Below the pieces are notes generated by a model that was given only the letters and a program-made list of their open reading frames with translations, was not told the DNA's origin and did not search any database. This document shows positions 37,959-48,180 of a DNA stretch of 64,000 nucleotides, piece after piece. The position numbers were made by a program, and so were the translations under genes. Where the stretch lies: positions 31,117 through 95,116 of the forward strand of contig JBAUMF010000093.1 in NCBI GenBank assembly GCA_049578545.1, read 5' to 3'. Position 1 is the stretch's first letter, and each line of letters starts with the position of its first letter. Source of the DNA: Thiobacillaceae bacterium. GTDB taxonomy: Bacteria > Pseudomonadota > Gammaproteobacteria > Burkholderiales > Thiobacillaceae.

Positions 37959-40900
37959 TTACGGGGTTTGCCGGACAATCCTGCTTCCCCAGCCAGACAC
38001 CCTTTGCGCCAGGCGATCAAAGGCGAGATAGATTACGGGCGTGGTGAACAGGGTCATGACCTGGCTGAATATCAGACCACCAACCATGACGATGCCAAGC
38101 GGATGGCGGATTTCAGAACCGACCCCGGTACCCAGCATCAGCGGCAGGGCACCGAGCATGGCCGAAAGGGTGGTCATCAGGATGGGCCGGAAGCGCAGCA
38201 GACAGGCTTCGAAGATGGCATCGCGCGGCGATTTGCCGTGATTGCGCTCGGCGTCGAGGGCAAAGTCGATCATCATGATGGCGTTCTTCTTGACGATGCC
38301 GATGAGCAGGATGATGCCGATGATGGCGATGATGCCAAGGTCGCTGCCCGAAACCATCAGGGCCAGCAATGCCCCGACGCCGGCCGAGGGGAGCGTGGAG
38401 AGAATCGTCACCGGATGGATATAACTCTCATAAAGCACGCCGAGGACGATGTACATGGTGCACACGGCCGCAAGGATCAGCAGCAGCGTATTGTTCAGCG
38501 ATGCCTGGAAGGCCAGTGCGGCACCCTGGAAACTTGTTTGCACGCTGGCTGGCAGACCGATGTTGAGGCTGGCGTCGCCGATCGCCTTGACGGCCTGACC
38601 GAGGGAAACGCCCGGAGCCAGGTTGAAGGAGATCGTCGTCGCCGGGAACTGGGCAATGTGGTTGATGGCAAGCTGAGTCGTTTTTTCGGTGACGCGGACG
38701 ATGGACAACAGGGGGACATGCGTGCCGCTCGGTGACACGATGTAGATGCTGTTCAGGGCATCGAGGCCGCGCTTGAACTCCGGCTTCACTTCCAGCACGA
38801 CGCGGTAAAGGTTGGACTGGGTGAAGATCGTGGAAACCAGGCGCTGGCCAAAGGCGTTATAGAGCGCGTTGTCGATCATCGCCGGTGTGATGCCGAGGCG
38901 CCCGGCCGTGTCGCGGTCGAACTCGACATAGGCTTGCAGCCCCTGGTCCTGCATGTCGCTGGCTACATCAGCCAGCTCCGGCAACTGGCGCAGGCGCTCC
39001 ACCAGCCTGTTGGCCCACATCGCCAGTTCCTCCGGACTGGCATCCTCAACGCTGAACTGATATTGGGTGCGGCTCACCCGATCCTCGATGGTGAGATCCT
39101 GGACCGGCTGCATGTACATCGAGATCCCGGGAATCCGGGCAAGCTCTGGCTGCAAGCGGCGGATTACGCCGACGGCGTCGGTGTCCCGGTCCGCCTTGGG
39201 CACCAGATTGATCAGCAAGCGGCCGCTGTTCAGCGTGGTGTTGGTGCCGTCGACACCAATGAAAGAGGATACGCTTTCGACTGCCGGATCCTGCAGCACG
39301 GCATCGGCCATGGCCTGTTGCCGCTCGGCCATGCCCGCGAAGGACACCGATTGCGGCGCCTCGGTTATGCCCTGGATGAGGCCGGTGTCCTGTATCGGGA
39401 AGAATCCCTTGGGCACGACGATGTAGAGAATGACGGTGAGCGCCAGAGTGCCGATGGCCACCAGCAGAGTGGCGCCCTGGCGATCGAGCACCCAGTTGAG
39501 CCACACGCCGTAGCGGCGGATCACCGCCGCGATGAAGTCACCGCTGGCACGGAAGAAGCGACCCTGCTCGGCCTCCGGCGTATGGTGAAGCAGGCGGGCG
39601 CACATCATCGGTGTCAGGGTCAGGGACACCACCGCAGAGATCAGGATCGATACCGCCAGGGTAATGGCGAACTCGCGGAACAGGCGGCCGACCACATCGC
39701 CCATGAACAGCAGCGGGATCAGCACGGCGATCAGCGAGAAGGTCAGCGAAATGATGGTGAAGCCGATCTGCTCGGCCCCTTTGAGCGCCGCCTGCAGGGG
39801 CGGATCGCCGGCCTCGACGTAGCGGGAGATGTTCTCGATCATGACGATCGCATCGTCGACAACGAAGCCGGTGGCAATCGTCAATGCCATCAGCGTCAGG
39901 TTGTTGATGGAGAAGCCCGCCAGGTACATGACGCCGAATGTGCCCACCAACGACAGCGGCACGGCAACGCTGGGGATGATGGTCGCCGGCACGTTGCGCA
40001 GGAAAACGAATATGACCATGACCACCAGGGCCACCGACAACAGCAGTTCGAACTGGACGTCATGCACCGACGCCCGGATCGTGGTGGTGCGGTCGGTCAG
40101 CATCCTGACCTGGACCGAGCCGGGGAGGGCGGCCTGCAGCTCGGGCAGCAGTTTCTTGATGCGGTCCACCGTCTCGATGACGTTGACCCCGGGTTGGCGC
40201 TGGATGTTGAGGATGATGGCTGGTGTCTGGCGTTTGCCCACCCCTGCCCAGGCGGCCAGGCGATTATTCTCGGCACCGTCCACGGTGTCGGCGATATCGC
40301 TGATGCGAATGGGGGCGCCGTTTCTGTATGCGACTACCAGCTGTTGGTAATCAACTGCCGACTTCAACTGATCGTTCGCATCCAGGGTTGAGGCCCGCAT
40401 CGGACCATCGAAGCTGCCCTTGGGCATGTTGACGTTGGCATTGCCGATCGCAGTGCGAATATCGTCGAGGTTAAGGCCATAGCTGGCCAGCGCCCTGGGG
40501 TTGACCTGGACCCGCACTGCCGGCCGCTGGCCACCCCCTATGCTGACCAGGCCCACACCCGGCAGCTGCGACAGTTTCGGCGCCAGCCGGGTGTCCACCA
40601 GGTCCTCGACCTGGGGCAGCGGCAAGGTGTCGGAAGTGACCGCCAGCGTGATAATGGGTGCGTCGGCCGGATTCACCTTGCTGTATATGGGCGGCATCGG
40701 CAGGTCGGTTGGCAGGAACGACGAGGCGGCATTGATCGCTGCCTGGACTTCCTGCTCGGCGATGTCGAGGCCGAGGTTAAGGCTGAACTGCAACGTGATT
40801 ACCGATGCGCCACCGGAACTGGTTGACGACATCTGGTTCAAACCCGGCATCTGGCCAAACTGGCGTTCCAGCGGCGCGGTAATCGACGAGGTCGTGACGT

Positions 40901-41069
40901 CGGGACTGGCGCCCGGATAGAGCGTGGTGACCTGGATCGTCGGGAAGTCCACCTCGGGCAATGCCGAGATGGACAACACCTTGTAGCCCACCAGTCCGGC
41001 CAGCAGGATCGCGACCATCAGCAAGGAAGTTGCCACCGGCCGCTCAATGAACGGGCGGGAAGGGTTCAT
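37959..41069 (-). CDS. mdtB: RND multidrug efflux permease, MdtB-like
   Basis: 1036 aa, N-terminus [11 protein letters not shown]. It is the first of the tandem RND permeases, and its start overlaps the mdtA stop. Confidence 0.85.
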   Translation of the reverse strand: MNPSRPFIERPVATSLLMVAILLAGLVGYKVLSISALPEVDFPTIQVTTLYPGASPDVTTSSITAPLERQFGQMPGLNQMSSTSSGGASVITLQFSLNLGLDIAEQEVQAAINAASSFLPTDLPMPPIYSKVNPADAPIITLAVTSDTLPLPQVEDLVDTRLAPKLSQLPGVGLVSIGGGQRPAVRVQVNPRALASYGLNLDDIRTAIGNANVNMPKGSFDGPMRASTLDANDQLKSAVDYQQLVVAYRNGAPIRISDIADTVDGAENNRLAAWAGVGKRQTPAIILNIQRQPGVNVIETVDRIKKLLPELQAALPGSVQVRMLTDRTTTIRASVHDVQFELLLSVALVVMVIFVFLRNVPATIIPSVAVPLSLVGTFGVMYLAGFSINNLTLMALTIATGFVVDDAIVMIENISRYVEAGDPPLQAALKGAEQIGFTIISLTFSLIAVLIPLLFMGDVVGRLFREFAITLAVSILISAVVSLTLTPMMCARLLHHTPEAEQGRFFRASGDFIAAVIRRYGVWLNWVLDRQGATLLVAIGTLALTVILYIVVPKGFFPIQDTGLIQGITEAPQSVSFAGMAERQQAMADAVLQDPAVESVSSFIGVDGTNTTLNSGRLLINLVPKADRDTDAVGVIRRLQPELARIPGISMYMQPVQDLTIEDRVSRTQYQFSVEDASPEELAMWANRLVERLRQLPELADVASDMQDQGLQAYVEFDRDTAGRLGITPAMIDNALYNAFGQRLVSTIFTQSNLYRVVLEVKPEFKRGLDALNSIYIVSPSGTHVPLLSIVRVTEKTTQLAINHIAQFPATTISFNLAPGVSLGQAVKAIGDASLNIGLPASVQTSFQGAALAFQASLNNTLLLILAAVCTMYIVLGVLYESYIHPVTILSTLPSAGVGALLALMVSGSDLGIIAIIGIILLIGIVKKNAIMMIDFALDAERNHGKSPRDAIFEACLLRFRPILMTTLSAMLGALPLMLGTGVGSEIRHPLGIVMVGGLIFSQVMTLFTTPVIYLAFDRLAQRVSGWGSRIVRQTP

Positions 41070-42328
41070 GAACCTTTCCGGCCTGCCGGCGCCGCCTTGC
41101 CGCTGCCTGGCGCGGAAGCACCCGCCGCCGGCGGGCGCTTCGCATGGCCGGCCTGACCCGGTCCCTGGTTCCCCCGCTGATTGCCGGCCGTCGCCAGGTC
41201 GACCTTGGCCCCCTCGCGCAGCTTGTCGGTGCCATCGGTCACCACTTGCTCGCCTGGCGCAAGGCCCTTGTCCACCGCGACGGTCTCGCCCGAGGTGGGA
41301 CCGAGCACCACCGGCCGCACGCTGACCGTGCGATCGGCACCAACGACATAGAAGTAGGTGCCCTTGGTTCCACGCTGAATCGCAGCGGTCGGAACGAGAG
41401 TGGCACCATGCCGCGTTTCGACGTGCAGACGCGCATTGACAAACTGGTTGGGGAATAGAACATTGTCGGTGTTGGCGAATTCGGCCTTGAGCTTGACGGT
41501 ACCGGTAGTGGTATCGATCTGGTTGTCGACCGCCAGCAGCTTGCCTGTAGCCAGTTTTGTCTTGCCGTCGCGGTCAAGGGCGTCGACGCTCAGCGTGGCC
41601 CCGCCGCGCATATGTGACAGCACCGTGCCGAGATTATCCGAAGGAATGGCGAAGATGACGGCGATTGGCTGGGTCTGGGTGATGACCACGAGGCCAGTGC
41701 TATCGGCAGCGTGGATCATGTTGCCTGTGTCCAGCTGACGCAGACCAAGCAGGCCGGAGACCGGCGCAGTGATCCGGGTGAACTCCAGCTGCAGTTTGTC
41801 GCTTTCGACCTGGGCCTGGTCCGCTTTGACCGTGCCATCGTACTGCTGCACCAGAGCCGCCTGGTCATCCACCTGCTGGCCGGCGATGGAGTCCTTGGCC
41901 AGCAGGTCGCGATAGCGCTTGAGGTCGAGCCGGGCGCTGGCCAGCAAGGCCTGGTCGCGCAGCAGTTGACCGATGGCCTGGTCGAGCTGGGCCTGAAAGG
42001 TGCGGGGATCGATCTCGGCCAACACCTGGCCCTGATGCGCAAATTGGCCTTCGCCGAAATTGACCCGGATCAGTTGACCGTCCACCCTGGATTTGACCGT
42101 CGTGGTGGTGCGGGCGGTAACAGTACCCAGGGCATCGATGACCACGTCGATGTCACCGCTGCGGGCGGCGGCAGCCGCCACCGGCACCGGCCGGTCGGCG
42201 GCATCCTTGCCGCCATGCCCTGCGCCTTGCGGCGTCTGGGTATTGGACCTGCCATGGAAAACAAAGGCGGCGATTCCGGCTGCCACAATCAGGCCAAGCG
42301 CCAAGCGCACCATCATTCTTCTTGTCAT
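41066..42328 (-). CDS. mdtA: RND efflux periplasmic adaptor (membrane fusion protein), MdtA-like
   Basis: N-terminal anchor, lipoyl/beta-barrel MFP pattern and a Gly/Pro/Ala-rich C-terminal tail. Heads the mdtABC-OMF operon. Confidence 0.85.
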   Translation of the reverse strand: MTRRMMVRLALGLIVAAGIAAFVFHGRSNTQTPQGAGHGGKDAADRPVPVAAAAARSGDIDVVIDALGTVTARTTTTVKSRVDGQLIRVNFGEGQFAHQGQVLAEIDPRTFQAQLDQAIGQLLRDQALLASARLDLKRYRDLLAKDSIAGQQVDDQAALVQQYDGTVKADQAQVESDKLQLEFTRITAPVSGLLGLRQLDTGNMIHAADSTGLVVITQTQPIAVIFAIPSDNLGTVLSHMRGGATLSVDALDRDGKTKLATGKLLAVDNQIDTTTGTVKLKAEFANTDNVLFPNQFVNARLHVETRHGATLVPTAAIQRGTKGTYFYVVGADRTVSVRPVVLGPTSGETVAVDKGLAPGEQVVTDGTDKLREGAKVDLATAGNQRGNQGPGQAGHAKRPPAAGASAPGSGKAAPAGRKGS

Positions 42329-42952
42329 CTAAGCTTTATTCCTTCCGGCCCAACAATATGTGCGCCACTCCCGCAGTTGGGGCGGCCGATCGCGAAAGTG
42401 TATCCGATTTCACCGAGTTCGCGTCGTGCCCAGATCGGCTGCAAATCCAGATATGGCTGCATCAGGCAAGGAAGAAAGGCTGCATTTTCTGTCACTGAAG
42501 ACGGTCCCTGCTGTTGACGATTAAATGGATTCACTAACGCAAGACAGGAAAGCGGAACTGGAAAGCCTCGTGCATGGCTGCAGCCTGTAACCGAAAACCA
42601 ATCTACCTTGGGTGTGTTAACCGCCCTGGTTATTTCGATATCGACTCGGCCGATTCACCCAGACCAGACAGATACGTCACCAGCGGAATGCCATGGTGCC
42701 TTGAGGCATCAGCATGCTGACCTCAACCGTGTCGGCACCCAAGGTCCAGCTTTCCCCATTTGGAGGTCATGGCAAATTTGTGCTCAGTCAGATAGCCCGG
42801 CCTGCTGGTTCGATGAACGTCGTTTTCGCCATCCTCCTTTGCGGACAACAGCATTATTGCGTATGTCATGATTTGACTCTATGCGTTGCCGCACGGTTGT
42901 TGCATCCTGTTCCCTTCGATGAGTATGCTTTGTCAGGGTTTTGCAAGCGAAC

Positions 42953-42977
42953 GTAAAGGTAGGTAAACCCGCGTGAA
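42953..42977 (+). promoter_or_regulatory. CpxR-box array
   Basis: GTAAA-ggtag-GTAAA-cccgc-GTGAA. The first two half-sites fit the CpxR consensus GTAAA-N5-GTAAA perfectly, and a third degenerate half-site is in phase. It ends 30 bp upstream of the cpxR ATG. Confidence 0.55.
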
Positions 42978-43006
42978 AGTTGAATCGTCATATTTAGCAT
43001 TGTCAT

Positions 43007-43723
43007 ATGTACACGAACGTTGACCGCCCAACCCCGCGTCTCCTCCTGGCTGATGACGATGTCGAATTGTGCTTGATGCTCAAGGACTACCTTCTGCGCG
43101 AAGCCCTGGAGGTGGAAATAACCCATGATGGGCAATCTGCCCTCAACAAGGCATTGAACGAGGACTTCGATATCATTCTGATGGATGTAATGATGCCCAG
43201 GATGTCAGGCCTGGATGCACTTCGCGCCCTCCGGGCGCAAAAACAAACCCCGGTACTCATGCTCACCGCCCGCGGCGAGGACATGGACACCGTTCTTGGC
43301 CTGGAGCTCGGTGCAGACGATTACCTGCCCAAGCCTTGCAATCCCAAGGTGCTGCTCGCCCGCATTCGGGCAGTCTTGCGCCGCAGCGAGCCACACCTCA
43401 CAGAGTCGGGCACCCCGGCCACAATCCTCCAAATTGGCGATTTGACCCTGAACTCGGGGGCCCGCAGTGTGAAACTGAAAGGCAATGAGGTTCCGATGAC
43501 CAGCACCGAGTTCAGCATTCTGGAGATCCTGTTGCGTGAGGCCGGCCACTTGGTCACCAAGGGGCAGCTGTCTGAGCAGGTACTGGGCCGTCCCCTGGGC
43601 CGCTTTGACCGAAGCCTGGACATGCATGTCAGCAATTTGCGTCAGAAGCTTGGCCCCTCTCGGGATGGAGGCTCTCGTATCAAGACTATCCGTGGAAGCG
43701 GTTTTCAGTACGTGCTGGCCTAG
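43007..43723 (+). CDS. cpxR: OmpR-family response regulator, CpxR-like
   Basis: Close resemblance to E. coli CpxR along its length: DIILMDVMMP, VLMLTARGEDMD, LGLELGADDYLPKP, FDRSLDMHVSNLRQKL. Confidence 0.85.
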   Translation: MYTNVDRPTPRLLLADDDVELCLMLKDYLLREALEVEITHDGQSALNKALNEDFDIILMDVMMPRMSGLDALRALRAQKQTPVLMLTARGEDMDTVLGLELGADDYLPKPCNPKVLLARIRAVLRRSEPHLTESGTPATILQIGDLTLNSGARSVKLKGNEVPMTSTEFSILEILLREAGHLVTKGQLSEQVLGRPLGRFDRSLDMHVSNLRQKLGPSRDGGSRIKTIRGSGFQYVLA

Positions 43724-43730
43724 CGTCATC

Positions 43731-45089
43731 ATGTCCATGAACAGGCTGTTCTGGAAGTTGTTCCTTTCCTATTGGGCGGCACTCATCCTGTTTGCGGCAG
43801 GAACCCTGATTGCCGCGTCTCTATATCTCGAACACACCCGGGCTGGACAGGATCGCTCTGAACCCCAGCAAAGATTTCAGTCACATTTGCAGGATGCGCG
43901 GGCAGCGGCAGCGGGCGGCATTGATAGCCTCAAGCGCTGGGCAAGCCGCATGGACGCGCACGAGTTGGTCCCGCTTCTGGTGCTCGATCGGGATGGCCAT
44001 GATTTGCTTGGTAGAGATACCCCGGAACGAACCCTGGTCAGGCTGCAGCGTTTGCAAATACGCGAGCAGTTGAATGCAGGTGTTTCCAGGCACGCCATCC
44101 ACATGGCAAACGGCGATGAATTCTGGCTGGTCCCTGACCTAGAGGGTGTAACACTGCGGCGCTTCCTGTCACGGCCTCGAGTCATGGCTGTGCCTTTGGT
44201 GCTGGCCGCGCTGATAGGTGGACTTGTCTGCCTGCTGCTTGCCCGTTACCTCGCTTCGCCGATGGAACGCCTGCGCAAGGCAACACAAGACTATGCGTCT
44301 GGCGATTTCAGTCAGCGCGTCAGTCCTGGCCTGGGCAACCGGCGCGATGAGATCGCCGATCTGGCTCATGCGATGGACCACATGGCCGAGCGTCTGGACA
44401 TCATGCTGAAGTCCCAGCAGGCACTTTTGCGTGATGTCTCCCATGAATTGCGTTCGCCTCTGGCAAGGGTCCAGGCTGCGCTCGGCCTGGCGCGCCAGCG
44501 GGGGGGCGCTGAAACCGAACTGGACCGCATTGAAAGGGAAACCGAGCGACTCAACGAACTTATTGGTGCAATCCTGTCTTTTTCCCGCCTGGAGTCAGGC
44601 GTCCGCACTCCTGCGTGGGAGGCGGTTGAGCTGGATCAACTGCTGATGGAGGTCGTGCATAACGCCAATCTGGAGGCGGGCCAACGCCATATCACCGTGC
44701 AAGCAGGACACGTCCCACCGGCACCCTTTCTCGGTGACCCCTTGCTCCTGCACAGCGCACTCGACAACATTCTGCGCAACGCTGTCTGCCATGCGCCGGA
44801 AAACAGCTCTATCGAAGTCTCGCTCAAAATGGATGCGGAAAAAGGCACCCAGGAGAGCTATGTTGTCCGGGTCCGGGACAAGGGACCGGGAGTGCCCGAT
44901 GACATGCTGGAGCGAATCTTTCAGCCGTTTGTGCGTGCGAATACGCCACAAACTGGTCAAAGCGGGGGGATCGGTTTGGGGCTAGCCATCGCGCGGCGTG
45001 CAGTCCAGGCCCATAACGGCAGCATCCGCGCGGAAAACCATCCGGATGGCGGTCTAGTAGTCACGATTCGCCTCCCACGAAGTGCGTGA
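43731..45089 (+). CDS. cpxA: Envelope-stress sensor histidine kinase, CpxA-like
   Basis: MSMNRLFWKLF TM1, periplasmic domain, HAMP, H-box VSHELRSPLA, N-box NILRNAVCHAP, VRDKGPGV and GGIGLGLAI. The ATG at 43731 was chosen over the overlapping 43536 ORF start. Confidence 0.8.
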   Translation: MSMNRLFWKLFLSYWAALILFAAGTLIAASLYLEHTRAGQDRSEPQQRFQSHLQDARAAAAGGIDSLKRWASRMDAHELVPLLVLDRDGHDLLGRDTPERTLVRLQRLQIREQLNAGVSRHAIHMANGDEFWLVPDLEGVTLRRFLSRPRVMAVPLVLAALIGGLVCLLLARYLASPMERLRKATQDYASGDFSQRVSPGLGNRRDEIADLAHAMDHMAERLDIMLKSQQALLRDVSHELRSPLARVQAALGLARQRGGAETELDRIERETERLNELIGAILSFSRLESGVRTPAWEAVELDQLLMEVVHNANLEAGQRHITVQAGHVPPAPFLGDPLLLHSALDNILRNAVCHAPENSSIEVSLKMDAEKGTQESYVVRVRDKGPGVPDDMLERIFQPFVRANTPQTGQSGGIGLGLAIARRAVQAHNGSIRAENHPDGGLVVTIRLPRSA

Positions 45090-45963
45090 GTTCCGTTTCA
45101 TGTCTGGGCAGCAATACGTTTCGACAACTGCTTCCAGGGCATTGACCTATCTTGCGGTTGTCCTTGGCTTGATTGCTGTCGGCATGCTGGATTACATCAC
45201 GGGGCTGGAGGTTCATGTGGTGTCGCTCTACTTCATTCCGCTCGCACTGGCCGGATGGCGCCTCGGCCGGCTGGGTGCGGCAATTTCCTCATTGCTGTCG
45301 ACAGTTGTCTGGCTTGCCATGCTCTACGCCAACGGTGCTCATTACGTACATCCCTACATCTGGCTAGTGAACTTCCTCACTCAGGGCGCCGCATTTCTTG
45401 TTGTCTCCATGCTCATTGCATTGCTAAGCGAAGCCCTGCGCAAGGAACAATCTCATAGCAGGACGGACTACCTGACCGGCCTCAGGAATCGGTTGGCGTT
45501 TGTCGAACAGGCAAGACTCACCTTGTCGCTCTGCAGGCGAAACGCGCGACCCGTGGCGCTGGCCTATATCGATCTCGATAACTTCAAGAGCGTCAATGAT
45601 TCGTTGGGGCACGCACGCGGAGATGCCTTGCTGCAGAAATGCGGCACAGTCATCGCCGAGTCCCTGCGTGCGACTGATATTGCCGCGAGGATCGGCGGCG
45701 ATGAGTTCGTCGTGTTCCTGCCAGAGACCAAAGCCGAGGATGCAGAGACACTCCTGGAACGCCTTCTCCATGCACTGGAGGCGTGCAGCGACTTTCGATC
45801 CGTGGGCGTAACGGCCAGTATTGGCATTGTCGCTGAAGCAGCAGCGAATTCAGACATTGACCAGCTGCTCAAGGAGGCTGACATTCGAATGTACCGTGCC
45901 AAAAGAGAGGGCAGGAACCGCATCGGAATGCATCACTTGCAGAATGACCTAGGTCGGCGTTGA
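45082..45963 (+). CDS. Membrane-bound diguanylate cyclase (GGDEF)
   Basis: N-terminal TM sensor region, GGDEF site RIGGDEFVV and I-site RATD five residues upstream. Its start overlaps the cpxA stop; an alternative ATG is at 45100. Confidence 0.85.
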   Translation: MREFRFMSGQQYVSTTASRALTYLAVVLGLIAVGMLDYITGLEVHVVSLYFIPLALAGWRLGRLGAAISSLLSTVVWLAMLYANGAHYVHPYIWLVNFLTQGAAFLVVSMLIALLSEALRKEQSHSRTDYLTGLRNRLAFVEQARLTLSLCRRNARPVALAYIDLDNFKSVNDSLGHARGDALLQKCGTVIAESLRATDIAARIGGDEFVVFLPETKAEDAETLLERLLHALEACSDFRSVGVTASIGIVAEAAANSDIDQLLKEADIRMYRAKREGRNRIGMHHLQNDLGRR

Positions 45964-46321
45964 AGACTGAAGCAGCAACGCTGCCATGAGCATGCGCTAA
46001 TCGAGACTCGTTCCTGTCCACGTCGACGCAGCTTGCCATATAACATGGCCAGGGCAGGGTGGAGCAAGGCGGTCGTCAAGCCGGGACAGAGTTTGTTGTG
46101 GCGGCACGATATAGTTCGAGGCCAATGACGCTGTCCACGTTCTTGCCCAGGGCGTTGTGCATCAGTCGGTGTCGGCTTCTTGCGCAGCCTGGACACAACA
46201 CATCCAGGTCGGTTGGGCCTGGTTGAAATGATTGATATCCGGAAGATCATCAGTTCCAGATTCCTCCTCCAGCGATCTATTGAGGCCGTTCTGGCCATAT
46301 CGATAACTGGCTTCTTTCACC

Positions 46322-46347
46322 TTTACACAACTTTGCTCAGCGTTTAC
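46322..46347 (-). promoter_or_regulatory. CpxR-box-like half-site array
   Basis: Plus strand reads TTTAC-acaac-TTTGC-tcagcg-TTTAC, i.e. GTAAA-N6-GCAAA-N5-GTAAA on the other strand. It lies 77-102 bp upstream of the CpxP-like gene. Confidence 0.4.
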
Positions 46348-46423
46348 ATCCATTGACCTGCTCCGGGCCTACGATGACATCACAGTTGGCATTGGATGTT
46401 TAGACACTTGTAAGGAGTAGCAC

Positions 46424-46906
46424 ATGCATACTTTCAGGACCTTGGTTGCCGGGAGTTTTGTCGCTCTGGGCCTTTTCAGCCACCCTGTTCTGTCTCAGGC
46501 GTTCGATGGCGATCGGTCTTATCGCTCGGGCCATCATTGCTGGAGATCCAACCATGCCTTCGGCCGGCATGAGTGGAGGCGCCTGGCTGATCGTCTGAAT
46601 CTGACCCAGGAGCAGCGCCAGTCGCTGTATGCCATCAAGCACAAATATCGGCCCGAGCAGCGCGATTTGAGGCAGTTGCTGTCGGATAACCGCAAAGCCC
46701 TGGCAAAGATGGACGCATCGGATCCCAAGCTGCAGGAGTTGGCTGAGGCCCAGGGCACGACTGTCACCGACATGATTATTCTGCGCAAGAAAATGCGGGC
46801 TGAAATGGAGGCGGTCCTGACTGAGGACCAGCGCAAGACGTTGCATGAGATGTTCGAACGTCGCAGGCATCACCGCGGTTGGAATAGTGACGCGGACCAT
46901 GGCTGA
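46424..46906 (+). CDS. cpxP: Periplasmic CpxP/Spy-family (LTXXQ) protein
   Basis: Signal peptide, two LTXXQ motifs (LTQEQRQSL and LTEDQRKTL) and a helical charged composition. The symbol is given at family level only. Confidence 0.7.
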   Translation: MHTFRTLVAGSFVALGLFSHPVLSQAFDGDRSYRSGHHCWRSNHAFGRHEWRRLADRLNLTQEQRQSLYAIKHKYRPEQRDLRQLLSDNRKALAKMDASDPKLQELAEAQGTTVTDMIILRKKMRAEMEAVLTEDQRKTLHEMFERRRHHRGWNSDADHG

Positions 46907-46966
46907 ATGCCGCCTGAACTAATAACTGGGATTGCAGGTCATACTGGCGTGAATTAGGAGTAAAAG

Positions 46967-47500
46967 ATGAATAAGACTATTGCTTCAGCTCTGATCATGG
47001 CTCCCGCACTGATCCTGCTTAGCCTGCCTGTGACGGCGGATGAGCGGGGCAGGGGGTGGGGCGCACATGGTGGCGGATGGCACGGCGATATAAGGCACTT
47101 TGACCGCCATGACCTGGATCACTGGCGGTATGACGGGCGCTGGCGGCATGGCTGGCATGACGGTCGGATCGGCTGGTGGTGGGTGGTAGGCGGAATCTGG
47201 TACTTCTACCCTGCGCCTCTGTACCCCTATCCTGACCCGTATGTGCCGCCGGTCGTAGTCCAGCAGCAAGCGCCCGTCGTGGTGCAGCAGCCGCCGCCGG
47301 TCGTGGTACAAGACCAGCCGCCAGTGGAAATGCAGCAGCAGTCGCAGGGGACCGCTCCTCCATCCGCTCAGGCGGCCCCGCCGCAGCCAACTCAGAACTG
47401 GTACTACTGCGAGCCGTCGAAGGCCTATTATCCCTATGTCAGCACCTGTCCGGCTGACTGGAAACTGGTACCCGCAACGCCGCCTGGAGCGCCACAGTAA
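46967..47500 (+). CDS. Secreted Trp/His/Arg-rich, Pro-rich protein with C-terminal WYYC...YYPYV...CP..W motif
   Basis: Signal peptide ...LPVTA, a WH/WR-rich block, GWWWVVGGIWYFYPAPLYPYPDPY, a PVVVQQ repeat linker and WYYCEPSKAYYPYVSTCPADWKLVPATPPG. Good RBS (AGGAG). Confidence 0.7.
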   Translation: MNKTIASALIMAPALILLSLPVTADERGRGWGAHGGGWHGDIRHFDRHDLDHWRYDGRWRHGWHDGRIGWWWVVGGIWYFYPAPLYPYPDPYVPPVVVQQQAPVVVQQPPPVVVQDQPPVEMQQQSQGTAPPSAQAAPPQPTQNWYYCEPSKAYYPYVSTCPADWKLVPATPPGAPQ

Positions 47501-47515
47501 CTCTTGGAGATGATG

Positions 47516-48091
47516 ATGAAGAAGATGATTAAAATCCCTGCATTGATGCTGCTCCTGCTTGCGGGTTGTGCGAACGTGCCCCAAGGGCCAAATGTTGCCG
47601 TCATGCCCGGCCCGGGCAAGAGCTTTGAGCAGTTCGCAGCGGATGACAGAACCTGCAGGACTTATGCGGACCAATCCATAGGCACCAATGTCAATGAGGT
47701 CGGGGCGAACAACGTCGTGACTGGTGCGGCTGTGGGAACGGCGGTAGGGGCTGCCGCGGGAGCCCTGCTCGGCGGCCACCACGGGGCCGAGGGTGGAGCC
47801 GGCGCCGGCCTGCTGATGGGCACGGCTGTCGGCGCGGGTAACGCTGGTTCCTCCCAATATGATGCGCAGCGCCGCTACGATATCGCTTATGAGCAGTGCA
47901 TGTATGCCAAAGGCAACCAGTTGCCGGCCGCTTCCACTACGACGACCTATTACGGGGGATATCGGCATCGTCCCGTAACCATTATCTATGAGGCGCCTCC
48001 CCCACAGACCGTGATCATGCAGAATCCTCCTGCTCAGATGATGCCCCCGCCGCCTCCGGGAGCAGCTCCGCCTCCGCCGCCTGGAAACTAA
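47516..48091 (+). CDS. Glycine-zipper lipoprotein
   Basis: Lipobox LLLLAGC, Gly-zipper GAAVGTAVGAAAGALLGG...GAGLLMGTAVGAG, RRYDIAYEQCMYAKGNQLP and a Pro-rich tail. Starts at 47504 or 47510 are also possible. Confidence 0.75.
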   Translation: MKKMIKIPALMLLLLAGCANVPQGPNVAVMPGPGKSFEQFAADDRTCRTYADQSIGTNVNEVGANNVVTGAAVGTAVGAAAGALLGGHHGAEGGAGAGLLMGTAVGAGNAGSSQYDAQRRYDIAYEQCMYAKGNQLPAASTTTTYYGGYRHRPVTIIYEAPPPQTVIMQNPPAQMMPPPPPGAAPPPPPGN

Positions 48092-48180
48092 CAGCCGGTG
48101 GGTAATTTGCCAGACCAGCCCATCAACTTCATCAACTGGTGAAATGTGTGGCGGTCATTGATTGTAAGGAGAAGATTGAA

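Noticed and set aside
38934-40391. Long ORFs antisense to strongly recognisable genes. The anchor example is the 485-aa plus-strand ORF inside mdtB. Similar cases are 60178-61407(-), 56219-57241(-), 56317-57195(+), 54322-55488(+), 51453-52682(-), 46985-47968(-), 58659-59105(+) and 59513-60232(+).
   Set aside because: They lie entirely within, and opposite to or out of frame with, genes that have clear family signatures. Their translations are Arg/Gly/His/Gln/Pro-rich low-complexity strings with no motifs. This is typical shadow-ORF behaviour in GC-rich DNA.
42610-42869. Small minus-strand ORF in the mdtA-cpxR spacer (MTYAIMLLSAKEDGENDVHRTSRPGYLTEHKFAMTSKWGKLDLG...). It has about 48 codons, with a possible frameshifted continuation.
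   Set aside because: No recognisable family, no clear RBS, and a reading frame broken after 48 codons. It could be a decayed gene, but I cannot support a call from the sequence alone.
45933-46353. Minus-strand ORFs of 121 aa and 63 aa in the dgc-cpxP spacer, including a fragment reading ...LMHNALGKNVDSVIGLELYRAA.
   Set aside because: The frames are broken and mutually inconsistent, with no family signature. They may be debris of an old gene but are not supportable as features.
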